Position numbers and translations under genes: made by a program. A stretch of 64,000 bases of DNA, taken from positions 32,001 to 96,000 of IMG/VR virus record IMGVR_UViG_2654587994_000003; one strand, 5' to 3'. The stretch comes from a virus (Duplodnaviria; Caudoviricetes). Shown in pieces: positions 56,125 to 64,000 of this stretch; position 1 is the first letter of the stretch, and each line of letters opens with the position of its first letter. The notes beneath the pieces are model-generated. The model had not been told where the DNA came from, searched no databases, and saw only the letters and a program-made list of their open reading frames with translations.

Positions 56125-57179
56125 GCTGCCACCTTGGCAACAGCATGATTATCGTTGGCGGCAGAGAACAGATCGGCCACCGGCTGCTCTTTCGTGCCAA
56201 GCGACGCGATGTTCTTCACTGCCTGACGGAAGTATGAAGGCTTGAGCTCGAAGCCGACGCCCTTGCGGCCCATCTCGACGGCTGAATAAACCTCGCTGCC
56301 AATCCCGAGGAACGGCGTAAGCACTGTCTCACCGGGCAGGCTCCACAGATCAATGCAACGTTCGATCACGTCCAGCTGCAAAGGCGAGATATGCTGTTCG
56401 TCTTGCTCATCTCGGGCGGATCGGTATTGCAGTGTGCGTGTTTGGCGAATGTCGCTCCAAACCGGCGATGCGTATCGCTGCCAGACGAATACGGAGCGCC
56501 ACTGCTCGAAGCTCCAGGGCGTGCGACCATCGGCAATTGTTTCTGCGGCGTGACGGTCATAGGCCTCGCGGCTGATGTCGAGACTTTCGTCGCCCACCCA
56601 CATATCGAACATGCCATCGACCGGTTCAGAGTTTTCGCCCGGCTTTCGGAACGAGACGATGTAGTCGGCAAGCCCCTGCCCGCTGATGCAGCTGTCCTTC
56701 GTGATCTGCTTGTGCAGCAGGCGAATGGATTTGGTGCGCTGCTGGGCAACTACCGGGTCTTTCCAGATGCAGACTTCGGAATGAAAGATCCAGCCGGCGT
56801 CCTCATAAGCACGGATGATCTCACCGCGGAAATCGCGCATGCCGATAAAGCCGTTGCGTCTCTTGCTCGTCGGCAGCTGCATGCAGTGAACGCTATGAAT
56901 GCGTCCCGGTTTTGTGACGCGCAACAGTTCTTGGATAAGAAACGCGTAATGCTCCCAGAATGCGCCGCCCTCATTGTTGCTGATGTCGCGGTCAAAGCTC
57001 GAAAACTTGTAGAGGCCTTCGAACGGTGGAGAGTGGATGCCGAAATGCACGCTGTCACCAGGGATAGCGCGAATGAGCTCACACGAGTCACCTTCGTAAA
57101 TGGCGTAGTTGTCGGTGATGACCTGGTTCACGGCGTTGATGTCGGCGGTCAAGGCCGCAGTATTCTGTGCGTTCGTCAT
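56121..57179 (-). CDS. DNA methyltransferase (N4/N6, beta class)
   Basis: SPPF motif IV precedes H..PLQ and VLTPFLGIGS motif I. Confidence 0.92.
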   Translation of the reverse strand: MTNAQNTAALTADINAVNQVITDNYAIYEGDSCELIRAIPGDSVHFGIHSPPFEGLYKFSSFDRDISNNEGGAFWEHYAFLIQELLRVTKPGRIHSVHCMQLPTSKRRNGFIGMRDFRGEIIRAYEDAGWIFHSEVCIWKDPVVAQQRTKSIRLLHKQITKDSCISGQGLADYIVSFRKPGENSEPVDGMFDMWVGDESLDISREAYDRHAAETIADGRTPWSFEQWRSVFVWQRYASPVWSDIRQTRTLQYRSARDEQDEQHISPLQLDVIERCIDLWSLPGETVLTPFLGIGSEVYSAVEMGRKGVGFELKPSYFRQAVKNIASLGTKEQPVADLFSAANDNHAVAKVAA

Positions 57180-58588
57180 TATGCGGCACCTCCTAGCCAT
57201 GATGGGATTTGCATCGGGATTTTCGGGTCGTAGCTAGCCTTCTCACGCGCCTGCGCATTGATCGCCTGCTTGGTGATATTGGCTGTGTGGAGCACCATCG
57301 CTGCGGCCATGCGGTCGGCGTCGGCCTCCTTGCGCTTAAGGTTGGCAACCACAGCGCCTTCGGTCTCGGCGGCGATAAAGTGAGCTGTGACCTCTTTCTG
57401 CTGCCCAAACCGGTAGAAGCGGCGAACCGCCTGATGGATCTGCTCGAAGCTATCGTTGAGACCAACAAATCCAGTGTCTGCACAGTGCTGCCAGTTCATG
57501 CCGAAGCCAGCGATCGAGGGCTTGGTTACGAGCACGCGAATCCGGCCTTCGCTGAAGTCGATGAGCTTGCGCTCCTTCACATCCTCTTTATCCGAACCGC
57601 GCACTTCGACCGCGCCGGGGATGGCCTTGGTCAGAGCCTCGCTCTCGGCGTTGAGATTGCACCACCACACGAAAGGCCTGTCCTTCGGCGTCATCGCGGC
57701 AGCGAAGGCTACGCGATCATCCACACTGTCACGACGCGCCTTGATGCGCTCTTGGAGCGTCGATGCACGGCTGCCCACGAGATCACCGACAGCAACGGGA
57801 GCTGTCACCGTGTGGTGAATTTGATGCAGCGCCGGCAGCAAATAGGCGCCATCGTCGTATCCAAGATCGGAAGGCTTGCGAAGCATGACTGCCCACGACG
57901 CCATCCAGCGCCAGAAGTCGTTTTCGGCGTGACCTTTGAGCCGCCACTTCTGCGTTTCCCCGCCGTCGTGAGTAAAGAAGGTCGCTAGCATGTCGGAGTA
58001 GGACATGATGCCGAGAAATTCAGCGTGGTTGCCAAGCTCCATAAAATCGTTCGGTGCAGGCGTAGCAGTAGCAGCCAGCCGGAACGGTATGCCGTGGCAC
58101 GCCTCGACTAGCTCGTTGCGATAATGGCCAGTCTCGGATTTCAGAATGCTGCTCTCGTCGAGAATGACGCCAGAGAACTGCGACAGGTCGAAAGCATCAA
58201 TCTTCTGATAGTTCGTGACGTTAATGCCTGAGCCGATGTCTGACTGTGATCGCACGTGTCTGGCGGGGATGCCGAACTTCTCAGCCTCGCGCACCATCTG
58301 CGCCGCGACTGCCAGAGGCGCGAAATGTAGGACATCGCCCTGTGTCGACGCACTGACCGCCTGCCCCCACGCAAGCTCCATGAAGCTCTTGCCGAGGCCA
58401 GTGCCGGCGAAGAGCGCAGCGCGGCCACGCTTGAGAGCCCAGGTCACGATGTCGCGCTGGAACGGGAATAGCACCGATGGAAGATCTGGAATCTCGGTTA
58501 GACCCGTCGGCGGGTCTAGAATGGCTTTTCTAGCCAAGAACGCAGCATAGGCGTTCGCTTGCGCACTGAGCGCAACATTCATGTTCAT
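57179..58588 (-). CDS. SNF2-like helicase
   Basis: FQ...V.WA, GLGKS, LDESS, TATPAPND, GFGMNWQ, Q..RR.YRFGQ motifs. Confidence 0.9.
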   Translation of the reverse strand: MNMNVALSAQANAYAAFLARKAILDPPTGLTEIPDLPSVLFPFQRDIVTWALKRGRAALFAGTGLGKSFMELAWGQAVSASTQGDVLHFAPLAVAAQMVREAEKFGIPARHVRSQSDIGSGINVTNYQKIDAFDLSQFSGVILDESSILKSETGHYRNELVEACHGIPFRLAATATPAPNDFMELGNHAEFLGIMSYSDMLATFFTHDGGETQKWRLKGHAENDFWRWMASWAVMLRKPSDLGYDDGAYLLPALHQIHHTVTAPVAVGDLVGSRASTLQERIKARRDSVDDRVAFAAAMTPKDRPFVWWCNLNAESEALTKAIPGAVEVRGSDKEDVKERKLIDFSEGRIRVLVTKPSIAGFGMNWQHCADTGFVGLNDSFEQIHQAVRRFYRFGQQKEVTAHFIAAETEGAVVANLKRKEADADRMAAAMVLHTANITKQAINAQAREKASYDPKIPMQIPSWLGGAA

Positions 58589-58668
58589 ATTGTCTCCTCA
58601 GACTGTGGTGTTCCCGCCGAAGCGGAAGCCGCGTTGGTGGCGCGGCGGGTGATGTGGTAGTGTTGCCG

Positions 58669-59439
58669 ATGGGGAATCGGGGTCGGCAAGTGGTTGAAAA
58701 AATCAAACGTTATTGGTGGCTTGCTGCATGCCTGTGGGCACTTCTCGCCTTTGTGTCCTGGCACTTTGAGAGCACATGCGGGGTGTTTTTCTTCTCCGCG
58801 TGCCTCTCCGAGTATTGGGCAGGAATTCGGTGGATCGCCTTGCTCAAATGGGTTTCTCCCTATCAGGCACTACTAGCTGGCATTGCGGCTGTTGTCGGCG
58901 GATACTTTGTCCTCCTTTCCCAGCGGCTTCAGATCGATGAGGCGCGCCGCGTTGGCGTCGCATCGAAAGATGCCTCATTTCGCGCAGCTTTAGCGACTGT
59001 GCGTTCTGAATGCCTGCACGTCGCCGATCAGCTGGGCTCTGACGAGCTTCATACATCGACCAAGACCCTAGATTTCACACGCGCGTCATTTCCTATCTTC
59101 GCCGATCGAGATCCAAGGCTTCTTCATATAACTATGAGCGTGACCCACCGTCTTGAGAAAGCTCTAGAAGAGAAGAACAAGGGACGGGAATCTGCTTTCT
59201 CACAAACAAAACTTTTGTGGTACTCAAGCATTGGAATGGCTTTTGCAGAACTCCTGATACAAGTCAGCGAGAAGTTGAACGCAAACGAGGACGCCAGCGT
59301 CAGCTACGCGTCTTTCGATGGCCACCGACTCTACAGTTTCCTAGAAAGGAGAGGCCAAACCCCGAGCGTTTTGTTTGAACTCGGGGCATATTTTAGTTGG
59401 CCGGTGGAGCAACATATGGAGGATGAGTGGCGCCCATAG
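58669..59439 (+). CDS. Membrane-anchored hypothetical protein (moron)
   Basis: N-terminal TM helices (YQ.L.AG..A..GG); antisense; start uncertain. Confidence 0.6.
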   Translation: MGNRGRQVVEKIKRYWWLAACLWALLAFVSWHFESTCGVFFFSACLSEYWAGIRWIALLKWVSPYQALLAGIAAVVGGYFVLLSQRLQIDEARRVGVASKDASFRAALATVRSECLHVADQLGSDELHTSTKTLDFTRASFPIFADRDPRLLHITMSVTHRLEKALEEKNKGRESAFSQTKLLWYSSIGMAFAELLIQVSEKLNANEDASVSYASFDGHRLYSFLERRGQTPSVLFELGAYFSWPVEQHMEDEWRP

Positions 59440-59442
59440 CCA

Positions 59443-59970
59443 TCACGCCACCCTCACCGACAGCTGCTCACCCGCCTCGCCCATCTTTGCGCCGCGCACC
59501 TTCTTGCCAGCCTGCAACGCCTCCTTGATGGCGGTCTTGTCGGGCGATGTCGAAACGCGCACGTAAGCCTTTGGCAACGCGGCTTCGTCGATGATCTCAA
59601 CCGATGCAGCCTTCTTGCCGATGGATATCGTCGCCTCGGCCAGCGGCACGCGCGGCACGCCGGCAGCCTTCAGCAATTTTAACATCAGGCTTCGCATGGC
59701 CTCCTTGCGTCGCTCTGCGCGCGACTTGCGCGCTTGCAGATCGGAAATGCGGAGCGCAACTGACTTTGCCAGGCTGTCGGCGTCGCGCTCGCCGTTGACG
59801 AGGCGCGTCAGGACGGCGTGGAAGTTGGTCTCTCCTTCCAGCATGTCTGCGCGCAGTTCTTCGTCTGTCTCAAGCTCCGGATAAGCGGCCAGCATGTCGG
59901 CGAAAAGCGCTTCGAGGTTGGCGACGTCGGCGGCCAAATAGTTGTCGTTGGCGGATCTTCTCTCGCTCAT
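59443..59970 (-). CDS. Siphovirus Gp157 family protein
   Basis: D.LEGET, S.EI.DE..LP..Y.....PDK.AIK.AL..G..V.GA motifs. Confidence 0.88.
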   Translation of the reverse strand: MSERRSANDNYLAADVANLEALFADMLAAYPELETDEELRADMLEGETNFHAVLTRLVNGERDADSLAKSVALRISDLQARKSRAERRKEAMRSLMLKLLKAAGVPRVPLAEATISIGKKAASVEIIDEAALPKAYVRVSTSPDKTAIKEALQAGKKVRGAKMGEAGEQLSVRVA

Positions 59971-60017
59971 TTGTGTCTCCTCAATGTGGTGACGCCATTG
60001 GTGTGGCGTAGAGTTTG

Positions 60018-60049
60018 AAGCTATACTGTTTTTACAAATTTGTCAAGAT
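60018..60049 (-). promoter_or_regulatory. Sigma70 promoter with embedded palindrome (copy 2)
   Basis: Exact match to 17486-17517. Confidence 0.8.
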
Positions 60050-60136
60050 ATAACATTGAATGCAGTTTTTGTGATTGCGCGAAGTTGAAACCACCCACAA
60101 CTTTTCCTACGTATTTTGTGTAATCAACTACAGGAG

Positions 60137-60592
60137 ATGAAATTGGGGCTTCGGGACAATCTGAAAAACATTATCGACGATCAACAGAGAGCGGCGGATG
60201 AGGCGGCAGAGCGAGCAAAGCGCGAAGCCGCAATCGCTCGGGCTAAATCTCTCGACACGGCAATAAAGTCTTTTTGCCGTCTCCTGGATGAAGGCACGGT
60301 GCAGGAGATCATTGAACATCACATTAAGAGCATCCGTGGGATGCGGGTAGTAGTACTCGGGTGTTCCCGTGACCGAGCTGTGATCTACTTAGATCCGGAA
60401 AGCAATGTTCCTCGTCAGTTCCCGCTAGACATCGAATTCAATGCTGACCCATTTGTCATGAATGAAGCTATCGAATCCGTGGAGGTCCAAGCCGCGATTG
60501 AAGCTCTGAAGAAGGAGGGTGTGATTGTGACAGCCGGACGAGAGCAAGGAAATGGCGCAATCCGCGTGACGCTTGACTACAGGAATATCTAA
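60137..60592 (+). CDS. Hypothetical protein (moron)
   Basis: SD AGGAG; own terminator GGCGGGGC-aga-GCCCCGCC-TTT at 60600. Confidence 0.65.
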   Translation: MKLGLRDNLKNIIDDQQRAADEAAERAKREAAIARAKSLDTAIKSFCRLLDEGTVQEIIEHHIKSIRGMRVVVLGCSRDRAVIYLDPESNVPRQFPLDIEFNADPFVMNEAIESVEVQAAIEALKKEGVIVTAGREQGNGAIRVTLDYRNI

Positions 60593-60624
60593 AATCGTCG
60601 GCGGGGCAGAGCCCCGCCTTTCCC

Positions 60625-62379
60625 CTAAAATGGCACGTCATCGTCCATCAACACCCGCCAATCCTCTTCTTCCGGCGCGTTGTCATTCGCCGGCGACACG
60701 CGATTATCATTGGCCGCTCCAACCACGTGACCCACGACATCCCAGTATTTCTGGCGCGGCTTCACCGTGATCTCCACCGTGTCGGCCAGCTCTGACTGAC
60801 GCTCAATCCACTCCAGAACCGTCTTGGGAAACGGCATCTTGCCGCCATGCGCGCGCCAGTAACGGTCGGCCTTTGACTTCGGGAATCCGCTATGTTGCGG
60901 GCAAACCCACTCGTTGATCGCCGTCATGCCGACCATGTAGCTGACCTTCACCGACGGCGGCTTATCGCCCTTCCCTTCGTGGTAGTAGAAGCTACGCGAA
61001 GTGACGGTGCGGGGTTCTGGTTCTGCCGTCGACATGATCGGCGTATCAGCAGCCGTCGCCGTAATCTTAGGGCTGTCATCGATATCGAACTCATAGCCGC
61101 AGCAAGAGCACGTGCGCGCTGAGGCATGCACCTTCTCGCCACAGCCGAAGCGACCATTCTTGTCCTCGACGTCGAACGGGCAGACCTTCACTGGCGCTTC
61201 CCCGTCGCCCTTGTTGGGCGTCTTTGGCTGCACCATGTCGACCGGTCCGTGCTTGTCGACGAGACCGGCGAAGTCCAGCACAAGGCACGAGGGTTTCGGA
61301 CCAGCCTTAATCGCGGCAATGCGCCCCTGAGGCGTGTCGAGAGGCATGCCAGGCGCGTATATCACGCGAGTGCCGCGGCCCATCATCTGCACGTACAGCG
61401 AAACTGACAACGTTGGCCGAAGGGCAGCAATCAGGTCGACACCCTTGTGATTAAATCCGGTGGTCAGAACCGAGTTGTTTGTCAGCGCGCGGATCTTGTA
61501 GGACTTGAAGTCCTCGATAATGCGACGGCGCTCATCCTTCGGTGTTTCGCCGCTAATCATCTCGCAGGAGATGCCGCGTGAACGAATCTCGTCACGCACA
61601 TGCTCGGCGTGCTCGACGCCGGAGCAGAAGCAAAGCCATGACTTGCGGTCGGCGCCCTTTGCGACGATCTCATCGACGGCGGAACGCGTGACGTCCATCT
61701 TGTCCACGGCAGCCTGCAGCGCGGACTGCTTGTAGTCGCCGCCCTGCCTTCCGACGCCCTTCATGTCGAAGGTCGTGGCAGTGGCCTTGGACGAAAGCGG
61801 CGCGAGATAGCCGTCAGCAACGCCGTCGGCGATGCCATAGGTGTAGACGATCTGGTCGAACAGCCGATCGTCGCCCTCATCCAATCGGCCTGTATCCAGC
61901 CGGTAAGGCGTGGCGGTGAGGCCTAGGATTTTCATGTCGGGATTGATGGCACGCAGGGCCGCGATGAAGCGACCGTACATCGTGTTGCTGTTGGCGGGGA
62001 TCAGATGGCACTCGTCCACCATCAGCACGTCGATGTGCCCGATGAGCGCAGCTTTGCTGTGCACGGTCTGAATGCCGGCGAAGATGATCTGGCTGCGCGC
62101 GTCACGACGGCCAAGGCCGGCCGAGAAGATCCCCGCCGGAGCAAATGGCCAAATGCCGAGCAGCTCAAGGTAATTCTGCTCGATTAGCTCAGCGACATGG
62201 GTGGCGACAAGGATGCGCATGTCCGGCCAGCCTTCAACCAGCCTCTTGATGAGCGAAGCCATGAGCAGCGACTTGCCGCAGCCGGTGGCAAGGTCGACGA
62301 GCGGATTGCCGGCCGTCGTTGACCAATAGTCGAAAACGGCGTTTTCTGCTTCTTCTTGGTAGTGGCGCAGTTGGAGCAT
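60625..62379 (-). CDS. DEAD/DEAH SF2 helicase (RadD/YejH-like) with Zn finger
   Basis: LR.YQ, TGCGKS, DECH, TATP, LTTGF, QM.GRG.R motifs. Confidence 0.92.
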   Translation of the reverse strand: MLQLRHYQEEAENAVFDYWSTTAGNPLVDLATGCGKSLLMASLIKRLVEGWPDMRILVATHVAELIEQNYLELLGIWPFAPAGIFSAGLGRRDARSQIIFAGIQTVHSKAALIGHIDVLMVDECHLIPANSNTMYGRFIAALRAINPDMKILGLTATPYRLDTGRLDEGDDRLFDQIVYTYGIADGVADGYLAPLSSKATATTFDMKGVGRQGGDYKQSALQAAVDKMDVTRSAVDEIVAKGADRKSWLCFCSGVEHAEHVRDEIRSRGISCEMISGETPKDERRRIIEDFKSYKIRALTNNSVLTTGFNHKGVDLIAALRPTLSVSLYVQMMGRGTRVIYAPGMPLDTPQGRIAAIKAGPKPSCLVLDFAGLVDKHGPVDMVQPKTPNKGDGEAPVKVCPFDVEDKNGRFGCGEKVHASARTCSCCGYEFDIDDSPKITATAADTPIMSTAEPEPRTVTSRSFYYHEGKGDKPPSVKVSYMVGMTAINEWVCPQHSGFPKSKADRYWRAHGGKMPFPKTVLEWIERQSELADTVEITVKPRQKYWDVVGHVVGAANDNRVSPANDNAPEEEDWRVLMDDDVPF

Positions 62380-62930
62380 ACGAAATTCCAGACCTTGAGA
62401 TAAACGATTGGATTGCAGGGTTATCTGCGCTCGCCGCTATGCTCGCGGCTGCTTTTGCTTTCTCGTCGGCCCGCCAAGCCAAAAGACAAGCGGACGCGGT
62501 TCTCGGAGACGTAGAGCCTGTATTCAGCGCCTATCAGCTACCAGACGATGGGAAAAACTATCGCCACAGGGTCGCCATCGAGATAGTCAACCACAATCGG
62601 CTACCGCTCTATGTCCAAAGCATCAGGTTGGAGTACCCTGACTGGGTGCTTATTCACCGTGGAGCGGAAGAGGTTCGCGATCTTGTTGCCGCACTTTACG
62701 ACGTAGTCATCGAGAAAAAGCGTGAGCACGTATTTGACGTTCCTTTCCGTCTCGCTGGGCGCTTCTCGAGTGATATGCCTGCAGTATCCACAAGCGTTTT
62801 CAATGTGAGATTTCTCGACCAGAACCAGCAGGGCGGTTTTGTACTAGGCTTCATCGTCCATTATCGCATGCATGGATCGAAGCGGGTTCGAGTTGCGTTT
62901 GCCTCGACAGGATTCGACGTTTTGGACTAA
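62319..62930 (+). CDS. Membrane-anchored hypothetical protein (moron), start uncertain
   Basis: W...LSALAA..AA..A..SA..A.RQA pattern; antisense between the sigma-like and helicase genes. Confidence 0.55.
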   Translation: MTNSRKRRFLLLLGSGAVGAYEIPDLEINDWIAGLSALAAMLAAAFAFSSARQAKRQADAVLGDVEPVFSAYQLPDDGKNYRHRVAIEIVNHNRLPLYVQSIRLEYPDWVLIHRGAEEVRDLVAALYDVVIEKKREHVFDVPFRLAGRFSSDMPAVSTSVFNVRFLDQNQQGGFVLGFIVHYRMHGSKRVRVAFASTGFDVLD

Positions 62931-63463
62931 CCAGCCTCCCGCAGCAGCCCAAGCACCCTCGCCCGCTCCTTGATGACGATCTGGCGAACGCGCTCTTTGG
63001 TGAGGCCGTGGTCATTGCCGATGGCCTCCAGCGTCTCGCCCATCGCCCTGCGCATCAGCATCGTGCCATTCCGGCCTTCCAGCAGGGAGACAACGCGCGA
63101 TAAGTCGGTGCCCTCCTCCTGGTGCGGATCAGCAGAACCCGGCAGCTCTTCGAACGCGGAGAGACTGCAGACCTCAGCGGACCGCGACTTGGTGGAATTT
63201 GTGCGAACGAATTCCTGCGCCGTACCCCGAACACAGAGGACGGCCCATGTCCAAAAGGTCTCAAGCCGGCATTCCCGATGACGGCGCAACATGACGACCA
63301 TCGCCGACTGAAAAAGTTCGTCGGCCGCGTCTTCGTTCTTGGTGATCTTTCGCGCCAGTCTTCGTAAAGCCGGCTCGTAGGCCAGAAGCTTGCGGTCGAA
63401 CTCGGGACTGCGCAGATTGTTATCATTGGCAGCGACAAGCGGCGTGCGTGCAACAAGCGGCAT
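62927..63463 (-). CDS. ECF-like sigma factor / HTH transcriptional regulator
   Basis: L.R.A..IT.N.D.ADEL.Q (region 2), GETLE.IG...GLTKERVRQI (region 4). Confidence 0.8.
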   Translation of the reverse strand: MPLVARTPLVAANDNNLRSPEFDRKLLAYEPALRRLARKITKNEDAADELFQSAMVVMLRRHRECRLETFWTWAVLCVRGTAQEFVRTNSTKSRSAEVCSLSAFEELPGSADPHQEEGTDLSRVVSLLEGRNGTMLMRRAMGETLEAIGNDHGLTKERVRQIVIKERARVLGLLREAG

Positions 63464-63483
63464 GGTGGTCTCCTCATAAGGTG

Positions 63484-64000
63484 TTAGGCGTTGGTGGCGC
63501 CATCTATCCATGTCGTGCCGTCTCGCAGCACATAAGTGATTGTCTCAGCTTCCTCATCGCAATCCGTTTGCGTGCCGGGGACGAGGGCCGGGATCGTCAG
63601 ATGCGTGGGGCAGCCTTCCTTTTGCTCGTCGAATGAAATCGGCTTTGCCCAGCGTGCGCAGGACCAATGACCGCCGCCGCCCATTTCCGGCGACGAGTGA
63701 ATGCAGGATCGACAGGTGACGCGTGGCCATGCACTCTCCTTGCATACAGGCTTGTGCTTGCAGAAGGTGCATTCGAACCAGTCCGGCGCATCGTTGATGC
63801 GCGACGGGGGCTCTGGCGAATTGATGATCCGTTCTAGCCGCGCCAGCAGACGCAGACAGAACTCCGGATCGTATTCGATGCGCTCGGCATAAAGCGTGTC
63901 ATCATCCTTGCAGCTGACGAGGTAGAGGCAGCGCGATAGACCGAACGCGTGCATTCCAAGCTGGCACTGTCCGTAGTGGAGCGGTTTCGCTTCCTTGCAG
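63484..64000 (-). CDS. PD-(D/E)xK Cas4-like exonuclease (5' end beyond window)
   Basis: H..QCQ..MH, FECTFC.HK..C, CRSC.H, W.C..W Cys-rich C-terminus. Confidence 0.75.
   Translation of the reverse strand, partial: CKEAKPLHYGQCQLGMHAFGLSRCLYLVSCKDDDTLYAERIEYDPEFCLRLLARLERIINSPEPPSRINDAPDWFECTFCKHKPVCKESAWPRVTCRSCIHSSPEMGGGGHWSCARWAKPISFDEQKEGCPTHLTIPALVPGTQTDCDEEAETITYVLRDGTTWIDGATNA

Noticed and set aside
63484-64000. Cas4-like nuclease suggesting CRISPR-Cas
   Set aside because: No repeat-spacer array or other cas genes seen; standalone Cas4-like exonucleases are normal in phage recombination modules.

Overview
This window looks like an Agrobacterium/Rhizobium-type alphaproteobacterial chromosome segment (inferred from gene content and tRNA sequences). 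It has three parts. (1) 1-5188 is the right end of prophage A: tailspike, GT2 glycosyltransferase moron and lysis cassette, ending at a duplicated 3' half of tRNA-Lys(TTT). (2) About 5200-11651 is a short host island: peptidase M15, glyoxalase I, double cold-shock protein, DUF192, BON, DUF982, ceramide glucosyltransferase-like, tRNA-Pro, complex I NDUFS4-like, tRNA-Arg. (3) 11652 to beyond 64000 is most of an HK97-like siphoviral prophage B inserted at tRNA-Arg(TCT). It carries nucleotide-metabolism, lysis, tail, head, packaging and replication modules, its own initiator-type tRNA-Met, and many morons (SRAP, Omp25/RopB porin, GT29-like, AbiJ/HEPN-like, Schlafen, SRA-HNH). Four signals stand out. 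(a) The peptide (A/P/S)ANDN, the N-terminal motif of the alphaproteobacterial tmRNA (SsrA) tag, occurs 10 times in 9 unrelated non-structural phage proteins with synonymous codon variation, and most carriers also end in -AA/-VA, suggesting hard-coded SspB/ClpXP degrons. (b) A family of leader hairpins with unrelated stems but a conserved CCACCAA-like loop sits upstream of CACCAC-GAGGAGAC ribosome-binding regions. (c) A duplicated 75-nt structured RNA with its own promoter and compensatory changes heads tandem moron cassettes. (d) An EcfG-type promoter drives a candidate C-rich-loop sRNA. All product calls come from motif recognition by eye; no database searches were run.
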